From: a virus
Length of the DNA stretch: 60,911 bases
Virus record (IMG/VR): IMGVR_UViG_3300037193_002766
Location: 1-60,911 of that record
Strand: one strand, 5' to 3'
In this document: piece after piece, positions 32,125 through 40,108 of the stretch
Position numbering within the stretch: the first letter of the stretch is position 1
Layout of the letters: each line of letters opens with the position of its first letter
Notes under the pieces: generated by a model
The model's database searches: none
Told to the model about the DNA's origin: nothing
Seen by the model: the letters and a program-made list of their open reading frames with translations, nothing else
Position numbers and translations under genes: made by a program

Positions 32125-34214
32125 GCGACAGCCTCCGAGCGGTGCAGGGCTTCACGGAGCCGCGCACCGATCCACTCGCCAACGGCCGGCGTGACGGCGT
32201 TGCCGAACCCGTCCGTCTGGTCCCGCGCCGAACCCCACACGACGAAGCTGCCCTCGTAGCCATAGCCGGGGAAGCTGACGTCGAAGCCGCAGCCGCGGCC
32301 GATCTCGTGCGGGCCCAACATGCGGAAGTAGCAGTCCTCCAAGGAGATCTTGGAGAGCGTGTCGCGCCACTCTGCGGACAGCACGGCGGTGGTGTCGCGG
32401 CCGGTGAGGGTGCCGAGCGGGTCGGTCAGCGGGTGCGGCGCGGTCGCGTCTTCGGAGCTGCCGTTCTGCTTGTACCAACCCGAGAACAGCAGCGCCTGGT
32501 TGGAAGCCGACGCCACGACGGTGCCCAGCGGATCGCTCACCGGGTGCGCGCGGTACTGGGCTTCGTCGATCGAGCCGTTGTTCTTGATGGTGCCGGCTGC
32601 GGTGAGCAGGCCGGGGATCTGTTCGGAGGTGAAGGTCGGCATCGGCTCGCCGTGCGTGGTCGGCACGGTGTTCTTGCGGAACGGGACCACGCCGGAGGAG
32701 AGAACGCCGAGCCCGCCCGATCCAGCGCCCGCGACGATCGTCTCCATCGGCTCACCCAGGTCGCGGCTAGTTGCGTGGGTGCGGTTCGGCATGACCCGAG
32801 CGGACAGCAAGCCGAGGGTTTCCGAGCCGGGCTGTGTTGGCAGCGGTTGGTCTGTTCCGCGCGGAGCGCCCTGGAAGTTGTTGACCGCGGCCAGCAGCAC
32901 CGCCTTCTCATGAGTCGACGTCACGGTGTCCATCGGCCTGCTGATGTGCTGGCCGTCGCCGTTGTGTCGGTGCGCGGCGATGACTTGGCCCGTGAGCGCG
33001 ATCGGCGGGGTCACCATGCCGACCGTGTTCGTCGCAGTCTGCGCCCACAGCGGCTGCGACAGGTCGCGTGAGCGGCAGTCGGATCCTGGCCGCTCGTAGG
33101 TGTTGCCAGCGGCGACCATGACCGCCCCGGTCGACAGCAGCGCGGTCTCCTGCTGGCTGGTCTGGGTGGCCATGGGCTGCCACGGGTGCTTCTCCGTGCC
33201 GTGCGTGGCCTTGGCTGGCAGGAGGACCGCGGGGAACTCGGCGAAGCGGCTGCGGCAGCGCTCGGCACGCGCCATGGTCGCCGGGGCGAGAGGCTTGGTG
33301 CGGTCGCCGATGCGGGTGCCGAGGTTCGTGAGGTCCAGGGCGTTGATCGACGGCGCCATCGGCGGGATGACCTGGCGGCGGCAGCTGGGGCAGGTGTAGT
33401 TGTACTGCTTGCCGTACCTGACGCTGCCGGTCGCGGGGAGTCCGGTCTTCCATGTCCACTTGGCTTCCACGACCGTCTGGCAGCGGTCGCACCACGAGAT
33501 GGGCCTGTGGTCCAGGTCTGGCGCGGGAATGCTGCGGTCCCACATGGCGATGAACAGGCGATCCCTAGACTGCGGGACGCCGAAGAATGCCGTGTTCAAG
33601 TACATGATCTTGTGGTCGTAGCCGAGCAGCGTGAACTGCTTGAGCCACCACCTGAACGTCGTGCCGTCACCGACCTTCGGCCGGCCGGGGATCGCTGGTC
33701 CCCACGAGGTGAGTTCGGTCGTGCACTCGACCAGGATCATGCGCGGGTGGTGCTTCTCGGCGTAGTGCAGCACGCAGTTCGCCGTCGCCCGGTCACGCTC
33801 GCTGCGGGTCACGTTGGCCTCGTAGTCCGGATCGTCCATTCCGAACAACGTCAAGCCTTGCTCGTAGGCCTTGATCGTGTTGGCCTGCGAGTGGTTCTTG
33901 CAGCTGACTCCTGCCACCAGGATGTCCGCGGGCGGGAGGTCGCGGGCGTCGTGGTAGTCCGAGGAGTCGGGGTCGACGAGGTCGGCGATCCAGTGCTCGG
34001 CATCCGGATGGTTCGCCTCGTGCACCTCGACCTTGTAGGAGTTGTGGTTCGCGGCCATGATCGTCGTGAATCCGGCGCGCCGGATTCCCTCGGTGAGGCC
34101 GCCGAAGCCTGAGAACAAGTCGACGGCGATGAGCTCGTCGTGACGGAATCGGCGGCGGCGGGTCGCCGGCCGGTGGGTCGCGACGCGCTGCATGCGCTGG
34201 GCGGCACGGCTCAT
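32121..34214 (-). CDS. DNA (cytosine-5)-methyltransferase-like protein, long form with repeated TRD-like modules
   Basis: 697 aa from ATG 34214 (ATGA coupling). Motif I DLFSGFGG, motif VIII QSRDR, motif X GNAV. Motif IV reads GVSCKNHS and motif VI reads VECT, neither being the canonical PCQ/ENV. Confidence 0.75.
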   Translation of the reverse strand: MSRAAQRMQRVATHRPATRRRRFRHDELIAVDLFSGFGGLTEGIRRAGFTTIMAANHNSYKVEVHEANHPDAEHWIADLVDPDSSDYHDARDLPPADILVAGVSCKNHSQANTIKAYEQGLTLFGMDDPDYEANVTRSERDRATANCVLHYAEKHHPRMILVECTTELTSWGPAIPGRPKVGDGTTFRWWLKQFTLLGYDHKIMYLNTAFFGVPQSRDRLFIAMWDRSIPAPDLDHRPISWCDRCQTVVEAKWTWKTGLPATGSVRYGKQYNYTCPSCRRQVIPPMAPSINALDLTNLGTRIGDRTKPLAPATMARAERCRSRFAEFPAVLLPAKATHGTEKHPWQPMATQTSQQETALLSTGAVMVAAGNTYERPGSDCRSRDLSQPLWAQTATNTVGMVTPPIALTGQVIAAHRHNGDGQHISRPMDTVTSTHEKAVLLAAVNNFQGAPRGTDQPLPTQPGSETLGLLSARVMPNRTHATSRDLGEPMETIVAGAGSGGLGVLSSGVVPFRKNTVPTTHGEPMPTFTSEQIPGLLTAAGTIKNNGSIDEAQYRAHPVSDPLGTVVASASNQALLFSGWYKQNGSSEDATAPHPLTDPLGTLTGRDTTAVLSAEWRDTLSKISLEDCYFRMLGPHEIGRGCGFDVSFPGYGYEGSFVVWGSARDQTDGFGNAVTPAVGEWIGARLREALHRSEAVA

Positions 34215-34720
34215 GCCGACTCCTTGGTGCTGGTGATGACGGTCCGCCGGCAGGCGGTGCAGACGTAGCGGTGGTGCCCGGAGCGGGTGGGCGGTCCGTC
34301 GTAGGCGGCGTCGATGACGAGCCGCCCGTCGACCAGGCGGGCGCCGAGGAGGTCGTAGGTCTCGACGGCGTGGTCCTCGACGCGGATCTGGTCGTGCTGG
34401 CCGCAGTCGCTGTAGGGGCAGACGAGGACCAGGTGGCCGTTCGTGTCCTGCGCGGTGCCGACCGGCATGGCGGGGCGGGCGTTGAGCGGGAGCAGGCCTT
34501 TGGCGACGAGCCAGCCGAGGACTTCTTCGGTCGAGGGGCGCGGCATGGCGCTGACCTGGTCGAGGGTCTTGCAGTCCGGCTTGGTGCAGTTGCAGAGGTC
34601 TTCGTGCAGGCCGGTGGCGTGGGAGGCGTCGATGAGGTCGCCGAGGAACAGCAGCTGGTCGTAGGCGTCGTCGGGCAGGCCTGCGAGGTCCTGGTTGTCG
34701 CGGAACGGCAAGTAGCTCAC
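34211..34720 (-). CDS. Hypothetical protein with Cys pairs
   Basis: 169 aa. Confidence 0.6.
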   Translation of the reverse strand: MSYLPFRDNQDLAGLPDDAYDQLLFLGDLIDASHATGLHEDLCNCTKPDCKTLDQVSAMPRPSTEEVLGWLVAKGLLPLNARPAMPVGTAQDTNGHLVLVCPYSDCGQHDQIRVEDHAVETYDLLGARLVDGRLVIDAAYDGPPTRSGHHRYVCTACRRTVITSTKESA

Positions 34721-35094
34721 GCGGGAATCTCCTCGGCCTCGGCGGCGGCCGCGAAGTCCTCGGTGAGCTCGGCGATGCGGGTCTTGGTCCTGGCCGTGAT
34801 CTTCTGTCCGGTGCGGTGGTAGGCAGCGGCGATCGCGTCGGCGTTGGCGCGCATCGTGTTGAGCTGCAGCCGCATGGCCTCGATGTCGATGTGCTCAACG
34901 CCGGTGTCGGCGTACGACTTGTCGCCGCACTCGTCCATCTCCTGCGGGAAGCACTGGTTGGGCATCTTGTCGAGGACGTCGTCGAGGAGGTTGGCCCAGG
35001 CACTCCAGGCGCGGCCAGCGACATCGACGCTGTGCGCGTGGTGGTCGCCGAAGTTGCGCATGGTGGTGAAGAGCGAGTTCGTCTCGTTGTCCAT
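34717..35094 (-). CDS. Hypothetical protein
   Basis: 125 aa. Confidence 0.6.
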   Translation of the reverse strand: MDNETNSLFTTMRNFGDHHAHSVDVAGRAWSAWANLLDDVLDKMPNQCFPQEMDECGDKSYADTGVEHIDIEAMRLQLNTMRANADAIAAAYHRTGQKITARTKTRIAELTEDFAAAAEAEEIPA

Positions 35095-35097
35095 GGC

Positions 35098-35505
35098 TCA
35101 GTTCTCCTTGGCGGTGAAGGTGATGCGCGGCGCGTCGTCGAGGACCTGGATGTCGTCGAGGCCGAGGTAGGCGCCGTATTGGGTGTTGATCGGCTCGTTG
35201 CGGTCGACCATGTGCCGGACGATGCAGGAGGCCTGGCAGACGATGACGTAGTCGAGCGGTTCGCCGTCTCGGCGGTGGTCCCAGGTGGCGACAACGGTGA
35301 GCGGCAGCTGCGGGACGGCGACGCCGTTGGAGACGGTGCCGGGCTTGGCCAGGATTTGGGTGCCGACCGCAGGCAGGGGCGGGCAGGTGCAGGCGTCGGG
35401 GCAGCCCTTGCAGCTGGAGCAGTGCGCGGTCGTGGACTCGCCGCACTCAGGCGCCTGACCGGCTGCGAGGAGGTCCATGCACACCAACGGGTCCGGCGCG
35501 GTCAT
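35098..35505 (-). CDS. Hypothetical protein with Cys-dense N terminus
   Basis: 135 aa. CGESTTAHCSSCKGCPDACTC. Confidence 0.6.
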   Translation of the reverse strand: MTAPDPLVCMDLLAAGQAPECGESTTAHCSSCKGCPDACTCPPLPAVGTQILAKPGTVSNGVAVPQLPLTVVATWDHRRDGEPLDYVIVCQASCIVRHMVDRNEPINTQYGAYLGLDDIQVLDDAPRITFTAKEN

Positions 35506-35939
35506 GCCGCGACCGCCCCGGTGTCGACTGCGGGCACGTCGCCGATCTGGATGCGGCGCAACGAGTGCACCGTCACTTCCGACAGGCTGCCGAGGTAGTC
35601 GGCGGCCTGAGAGCCGTGGATGCCGCAGAAGGCCTTGAGTCGCCGGCCACGGAAGGTTCCGTCGACCTCGATGTGAACACCAGGCTGGCCGGTGTTCTCG
35701 GAGTTGCTGACGTCGAGACGGGCGTCGTCCAGCAGGTAGAACCAGGTGATGACCGCCGCTGCGGTGTCCTCAGGCCTGGTGTCCCTGCTGAAAGAGAAGA
35801 TCTGGGCCTGGCTGTAGCTGCTGTTGACGCCGATGCCGGTGAGCGGCCCGAGCTTGTCGCCGTGCTGGTTGATGAACTCGACGAAGATGCCGAGATCGTC
35901 GAGGCGCTGGAGCGTCATGGCGTGCTGAACGGCGGTCAT
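35502..35939 (-). CDS. Hypothetical protein
   Basis: 145 aa. Confidence 0.6.
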   Translation of the reverse strand: MTAVQHAMTLQRLDDLGIFVEFINQHGDKLGPLTGIGVNSSYSQAQIFSFSRDTRPEDTAAAVITWFYLLDDARLDVSNSENTGQPGVHIEVDGTFRGRRLKAFCGIHGSQAADYLGSLSEVTVHSLRRIQIGDVPAVDTGAVAA

Positions 35940-36439
35940 CGGGTCTCTCCGGTGGTGTCGGTGGTGGACGGCGTCCAGGTGAGCTGGAGTCCGCCGCGGA
36001 GGGTGTGGCGGCCGCGGATCGCGCCGGCGGGCCGGGTGATGCCGTGCTCGGCGAGCGCGGCGGCGAGCTCGTCTTCGGTGAGGCCGCGGCGGATGGTTTC
36101 GCTGGCGCTGGTGGCCTCGGGGTCGCCGACGGTCAGGAAGCCGGTCGTCAGGTCGTAGGTCTGCGCGGCGGGCTCGGTGTCGTTGTGCCGCTTGGCGAAG
36201 GGGTTGTCTTTGTCGGAGGGCAGGGCGTCGCGGTGGTACTCGGACCAGTGCCGGTCAACCGCGCGGTCGGCGGCGCGGAGCGCGAGCCAGCTGGACAGGA
36301 CCGCGGCGGCGAGGAACGTGTAGAAGGTGCGGTCGCTGAGGGGCACGGCCGAGGCGATGAGGAGACCGACGAGGTTGATGCCGGCGATCGTGGTGAGGAG
36401 GCGGTGGTTGTCGAGGATGCGGCGGACCGTGTGTTTCAT
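35936..36439 (-). CDS. Membrane protein (2 TM)
   Basis: 167 aa from ATG 36439 (MKHTVRRILDNHRLLTTIAGINLVGLLIASAV...). Confidence 0.6.
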   Translation of the reverse strand: MKHTVRRILDNHRLLTTIAGINLVGLLIASAVPLSDRTFYTFLAAAVLSSWLALRAADRAVDRHWSEYHRDALPSDKDNPFAKRHNDTEPAAQTYDLTTGFLTVGDPEATSASETIRRGLTEDELAAALAEHGITRPAGAIRGRHTLRGGLQLTWTPSTTDTTGETR

Positions 36440-36687
36440 CGGGTGGCTGCCTCTCGGATGGCGTCGGCGGGGGTCTGGGTGTCGGGGTGGTTCTTGCGGG
36501 ACCAGATGCCGTCGCGGATGCGGTAGATGGCGTCTTCGGGGCGGCAGTGGAGGGCGCGGGCAGCTCGGCACATGGCGGGCCAGCGGCGGTGGGTGGGTCC
36601 GAGGACGCCTTCGTTGACGAGGTCCCGGACCGTGGCGATGTGGCGGTCGCGTCGGCTGCGTTGTCTCGGGACGTCGTCTGCGGTCAT
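36436..36687 (-). CDS. Hypothetical basic protein
   Basis: 83 aa. Confidence 0.5.
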   Translation of the reverse strand: MTADDVPRQRSRRDRHIATVRDLVNEGVLGPTHRRWPAMCRAARALHCRPEDAIYRIRDGIWSRKNHPDTQTPADAIREAATR

Positions 36688-37016
36688 GACGTGCTGCCGG
36701 CCTGGATGGTGGCGATGGCGGTGTCGACGTCGACCAGCTCGGGGATCGAGCTCTGCTCGACGTCGTCGCGCCAGCCGAGGAGCGCGGCGTCCAGGTCGTC
36801 GATCGGTCCGGTGCCGGGGGTGGCGGAGCCGAGGCGGTCGAGCAACTGGTCGTCGTCGCGGATCTGGGCGGCGATGGCGTCGTGCTCGTCGGCGACGCGG
36901 AGAGCGGCCTCGCGGGCGGAGGTGCTCACCGCGTAGGTGGCGGCCATCTCGCGCAGGCGGGCGGCCATGTTCTCGTGCTCTTCGGCGGTCTGCGGCGGCG
37001 TGGCGTTAAGGCTCAT
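36684..37016 (-). CDS. Hypothetical protein
   Basis: 110 aa from ATG 37016 (MSLNATPPQ...). Confidence 0.55.
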   Translation of the reverse strand: MSLNATPPQTAEEHENMAARLREMAATYAVSTSAREAALRVADEHDAIAAQIRDDDQLLDRLGSATPGTGPIDDLDAALLGWRDDVEQSSIPELVDVDTAIATIQAGSTS

Positions 37017-37107
37017 CGGTTCTCTGGTCTCCGTGTGGGCGGGGGAGGTGGTGTGGGTGGCGCCGCGCTGCCCGGTGTGGGGAGGCACGGGCAGTGCGGC
37101 GCCGTGC

Positions 37108-37416
37108 TCAGCGGGACCGCGACCTGGTGCGGACCCTGGGCGCCATGGGGGTGCGGAACTCGTCCGGCATGCGCTGCATGCGGGGACGGCGCTCGACCTC
37201 GCTCTGTCCGCCCCAGACGCCGGCGTCCTGGCCGTTCTCCAACGCCCAGGTGAGGCAGTCGGAGATGACGGGGCAGCGGTGGCAGACGGCCTTGGCTTCG
37301 TTGATCTGTGCGACGACAGCGGGGTTGGGGGTGCCGCCGGGGAAGAGTTCGTCGCCGATGGGGAAGAACAGTTCGGGGTCCTCGTAGCGGCAGATCGCGC
37401 GGCGGCGCCAGTTCAT
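37108..37416 (-). CDS. whiB: WhiB-family transcription factor
   Basis: 102 aa with four Cys (C9, C45, C48, C54) and a GVWGG turn. Confidence 0.9.
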   Translation of the reverse strand: MNWRRRAICRYEDPELFFPIGDELFPGGTPNPAVVAQINEAKAVCHRCPVISDCLTWALENGQDAGVWGGQSEVERRPRMQRMPDEFRTPMAPRVRTRSRSR

Positions 37417-37431
37417 GGCGGGTCCTTCCGG

Positions 37432-37803
37432 CTAGCGCGCGTAGGCGCGGAGGTTGGCCTTGTCGAGCAGCTCGTCCGCGGTGATCGCGTACGCCGCCTC
37501 GTCCCACAGCTGCCAGTAGGTCGCGTTGGGCGGGTCGGTCGGGGCCGGGTGGTACGAGTCGGCCTCGAAGGCGGCCTTGTCGTCGGTGAAGTCGGGCTCG
37601 AAGCCGCGGGCGCGCCACTCGACGAGCAGGTGGTCGCGGATCAGGTCGTAGGCGGCCTGGTCGATGTCGTCGCGGAAGCCGGCGACCCACTCGAAGCCGT
37701 AGCGCTCGCGGAGGTCGACGATCGCGGGCTGGTCGCTGTTGTCCCAGGCGTAGGCGGGGCAGTCGATGACCTTGATGCGGGGTTCGGTGGTCGTGGTGGT
37801 CAT
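37432..37803 (-). CDS. Hypothetical protein, first gene after promoter copy A
   Basis: 123 aa, RBS GGAGAC. Confidence 0.6.
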   Translation of the reverse strand: MTTTTTEPRIKVIDCPAYAWDNSDQPAIVDLRERYGFEWVAGFRDDIDQAAYDLIRDHLLVEWRARGFEPDFTDDKAAFEADSYHPAPTDPPNATYWQLWDEAAYAITADELLDKANLRAYAR

Positions 37804-37836
37804 CGAGGTCTCCGTAGGTTCTGCGGCTGCTGTAGT

Positions 37837-37871
37837 GCCTACATTACGCCTACAAAACGCCTACAAACAAG
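37837..37871 (-). promoter_or_regulatory. 35-bp promoter/operator cassette, copy A (identical to 46787-46821)
   Basis: gcctacattacgcctacaaaacgcctacaaacaag, three GCCTACA boxes 11 bp apart. The minus strand reads TTGTTT...TAATGT. Confidence 0.6.
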
Positions 37872-38012
37872 CCTCCGTGACACTTTCGTGTCTCGCCCGC
37901 AGGGGTCCAGATCGCCGCCGCACGCCTCATGACCTGCGGTGCATCCCATCGCCCGCATATTGCGCGAACCGCCTACACCGACCGGTCGCCGGTCGCGGTG
38001 CCGGGTTCGTCT

Positions 38013-38308
38013 GCAGGGTTTGGTGCAGGGTTTGCAGGGTTTGGGTTGGTGGATGCAGGGTTTGCGGCTGGTGTGGAATTTGTGGGTTGACCTGGGGTTT
38101 GCAGGGTTTGCCGGGTTTGCAGGGTTTGTTTTTGACCTCTACGTGTGGTGTGCGCGTGCGCATGTGCGCGTGTGCGCGCAGTGGCGGCGCCAGAAACCCT
38201 GCAAAGCCTGCAAAGCCTGCAATGTGCTGGTCAGGGGTGGTTTGGGTGGCGTTTGCAAACCCTGCATCTGGGCGGGAGAAACCCTGCGGGTAACCCTGCA
38301 AACCCTGC
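38013..38308. repeat. Iteron field: six GCAGGGTTTG direct copies, then seven inverted CAAA[C/G]CCTGC-type copies
   Basis: Plus-orientation copies start at 38013, 38025, 38034, 38055, 38101 and 38119, with partial copies at 38094 and 38112. Inverted copies start at 38193, 38202, 38211, 38256, 38278, 38290 and 38299. Confidence 0.85.
38148..38180. repeat. 33-nt perfectly alternating purine-pyrimidine tract (GTGCGC-type repeats)
   Basis: gtgtgcgcgtgcgcatgtgcgcgtgtgcgcgca at the centre of the iteron field. Confidence 0.85.
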
Positions 38309-38318
38309 GGCGCGTGGA

Positions 38319-38336
38319 TGTAGGCGCTGTGTAGGC
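38319..38336 (+). promoter_or_regulatory. Two TGTAGGC boxes (11-bp spacing) abutting the start codon of the 38339 gene
   Basis: gaTGTAGGCgctgTGTAGGCggATG. Same box as in the 35-bp cassette, in opposite orientation. Confidence 0.5.
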
Positions 38337-38338
38337 GG

Positions 38339-38929
38339 ATGCTGAGGTGCGACGATGGCCGAATGGAGCGCTTCTTCGTGTCCCTGCCGGTCGACCCCTG
38401 CTCGTTGTTCGGCTACGACGAGGCTGGCGTTCGTACGTTCACGCGGAATGTCGAGCGGATGGCGGTCGAGGAGCTGGAGGGGCGCTTGGGCGTCGGTCAC
38501 CGTGAGCAGATCGCGGTGCAGTGGACGGCTCGTGTCCGCGGTGCGGGCGGGGAGATGGTCGAGGCGTTGTGGACGCCGCCCGCGTATGTGAAGGGGTGCG
38601 GGATGTTCACGTGCACCGCGTGGGTCGTGGATGAACCGCACCTGCTCGGTGGCGCGTTCGCGCTCTCGCCGGCCGAGGCCAGTAATCCTGTCGTCGTGAT
38701 GAGTGTTGCTCGGCTTGCCGATCAGCAGCTGGAGGTCGACGCGGCGAAGGCGGGCCAGGTGATCACGAGTCGCCCGGATCCGACGTGGACGATCGAGCGT
38801 CGGTCGGAGGACGGCGCGATCGCTGAGGAGCGTTGGCAGCCGGGGGAGTCCGTGGTGGGGGCTCTGCGCGTGGTTTATCGGGCTGAGGCGATTACGGCGC
38901 AGCTGCCGGCGGCATGGGTGGGGGCGTGA
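38339..38929 (+). CDS. Hypothetical protein
   Basis: 196 aa, plus-strand island next to the iteron field. Confidence 0.55.
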   Translation: MLRCDDGRMERFFVSLPVDPCSLFGYDEAGVRTFTRNVERMAVEELEGRLGVGHREQIAVQWTARVRGAGGEMVEALWTPPAYVKGCGMFTCTAWVVDEPHLLGGAFALSPAEASNPVVVMSVARLADQQLEVDAAKAGQVITSRPDPTWTIERRSEDGAIAEERWQPGESVVGALRVVYRAEAITAQLPAAWVGA

Positions 38930-39372
38930 TGGATGAGCTGGTGACGTGGCTGCGCGAGCAGATCACCGAGGATCGGCAGTTCGCGACGGAGGCCATGCAC
39001 GACCGCGACGGCACGTGGACGCACGTCGTGACACCCGGCGGTGACAACAAGGTGGTCGACGATCTCGGCTATTCGGTGAGTGGTCACTACGACATCGACA
39101 GCGAGCCGTGGTGGACGCAGCCACACATCGCTCGGCACGACCCGCGCACCGTGCTGGCCGTGTGCAACGCGTACACAGCGATCCTCGACCGCTACGAAAC
39201 CAGCCTGCGTATCCCTCTCAGCAAAATCTCCGGTTTCGTGCGCGGGCAGGACGACGGTTACCAGCAGGCGTGCCTCGACGCGATTCGTGACATTGCCGCC
39301 TCGATGGCGGACCGCCCTGGCTATCGAGCCGAGTGGCGGCCTACGACGCCTTTGTCCACTGCGGACTGCTGA
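38929..39372 (+). CDS. DUF6221-like protein
   Basis: 147 aa from ATG 38929 (TGATG overlap). HIARHDPRTVLAVCNAY...ADRPGYRAEWRP. Confidence 0.65.
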   Translation: MDELVTWLREQITEDRQFATEAMHDRDGTWTHVVTPGGDNKVVDDLGYSVSGHYDIDSEPWWTQPHIARHDPRTVLAVCNAYTAILDRYETSLRIPLSKISGFVRGQDDGYQQACLDAIRDIAASMADRPGYRAEWRPTTPLSTADC

Positions 39373-39565
39373 ACGACTCCGGCTTGTACATGCTGGGCTG
39401 GTATTGGCCGTCCGGTCGTTCCCACCAGGTATGGCCGGCGCCGGTGTCGTCGGTCCACACGAGCCACCGGCCGCCGAGGTGGGGCGTCGTCTCGGTGTAG
39501 ACCTCGGCCTGGGCGGGGTCGAGGTGGTCGGGGAGTTCGGGGCGCGAGTCGAACTGGCTTGGCAT
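39341..39565 (-). CDS. Hypothetical protein
   Basis: 74 aa with strong GC3 bias. Convergent 32-nt overlap with the previous gene. Confidence 0.55.
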   Translation of the reverse strand: MPSQFDSRPELPDHLDPAQAEVYTETTPHLGGRWLVWTDDTGAGHTWWERPDGQYQPSMYKPESFSSPQWTKAS

Positions 39566-39636
39566 GGTCGGGATCTTGCCATCTGCGTGACGGAGCGCCC
39601 GGCAGCTGGTGCTGACCGGGCGCTCGTGTGGTGTGT

Positions 39637-40095
39637 TCAGCAGGCGGTGCTGATGCTGCGGAGGATCGAGCGAGGATCGTGTAGCCGGGCATCGATCGAC
39701 CCGTATCCGCCGATGATGCGGGCGAGTCGCTGGTTCTGCAGCTCCGCCGGCGTCGGTGGCGTGAAGAACACCGGCGCGGGTTGTGACCTGAGGATCTCCT
39801 CGAAGACTTCCTCAAGCACCTCGCTCAGAAGGGCGGGCATGGTCAGCTGCCTGCGGTCGTTCCAGATGCGCCGGGCCTCCTGTAGTTCCTCGCGGAGCAG
39901 GTGTGCGTCGACGAGGTGGTCGTCGGTTAGCGGAAGGGCGGGGCTGCTGGCGTACCGCGCGAGCCAGCGTTCCTGGTGCTCCTCGCAGCAGTAGTTCGGC
40001 GACGACGAGTCCGCGGTGAGCGGGGCCTGGCACCAGCCGCACACGGTGACGGCGTCGATCGCGTCGAGGGTGCGCCGCAGGGCGTCCGTGTCCAT
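39637..40095 (-). CDS. Hypothetical protein with CxxC...CC motif
   Basis: 152 aa from ATG 40095, preceded by GGAGG. Confidence 0.6.
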   Translation of the reverse strand: MDTDALRRTLDAIDAVTVCGWCQAPLTADSSSPNYCCEEHQERWLARYASSPALPLTDDHLVDAHLLREELQEARRIWNDRRQLTMPALLSEVLEEVFEEILRSQPAPVFFTPPTPAELQNQRLARIIGGYGSIDARLHDPRSILRSISTAC

Positions 40096-40108
40096 CGTTC
40101 CTCCCTGG

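Noticed and set aside
34215-35294. N-terminal 360 aa of the 1057-aa ORF 32121-35294
   Set aside because: This part is Arg/Pro-rich junk that overlaps three well-formed, coupled genes in other frames. The methyltransferase motifs begin only after ATG 34214, which overlaps the upstream stop as ATGA.
38013-38308. Possible CRISPR array
   Set aside because: The repeats are only about 10 bp, some overlap head to tail, spacing is irregular, and half are inverted. There are no spacer-like unique units and no cas genes.
38013-38308. parS/centromere interpretation of the iterons
   Set aside because: I saw no ParA- or ParB-like gene anywhere in the window, and the element has an integrase. Origin or regulator binding seems more likely, but partition is not excluded.
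37766-38345. Several 60-175-aa ORFs on both strands across the iteron field
   Set aside because: Their sequences simply mirror the 10-bp repeats (for example runs of LQGL and CRVCRV). There is no RBS, and every frame is open only because the repeats lack stop codons. The region is treated as non-coding.
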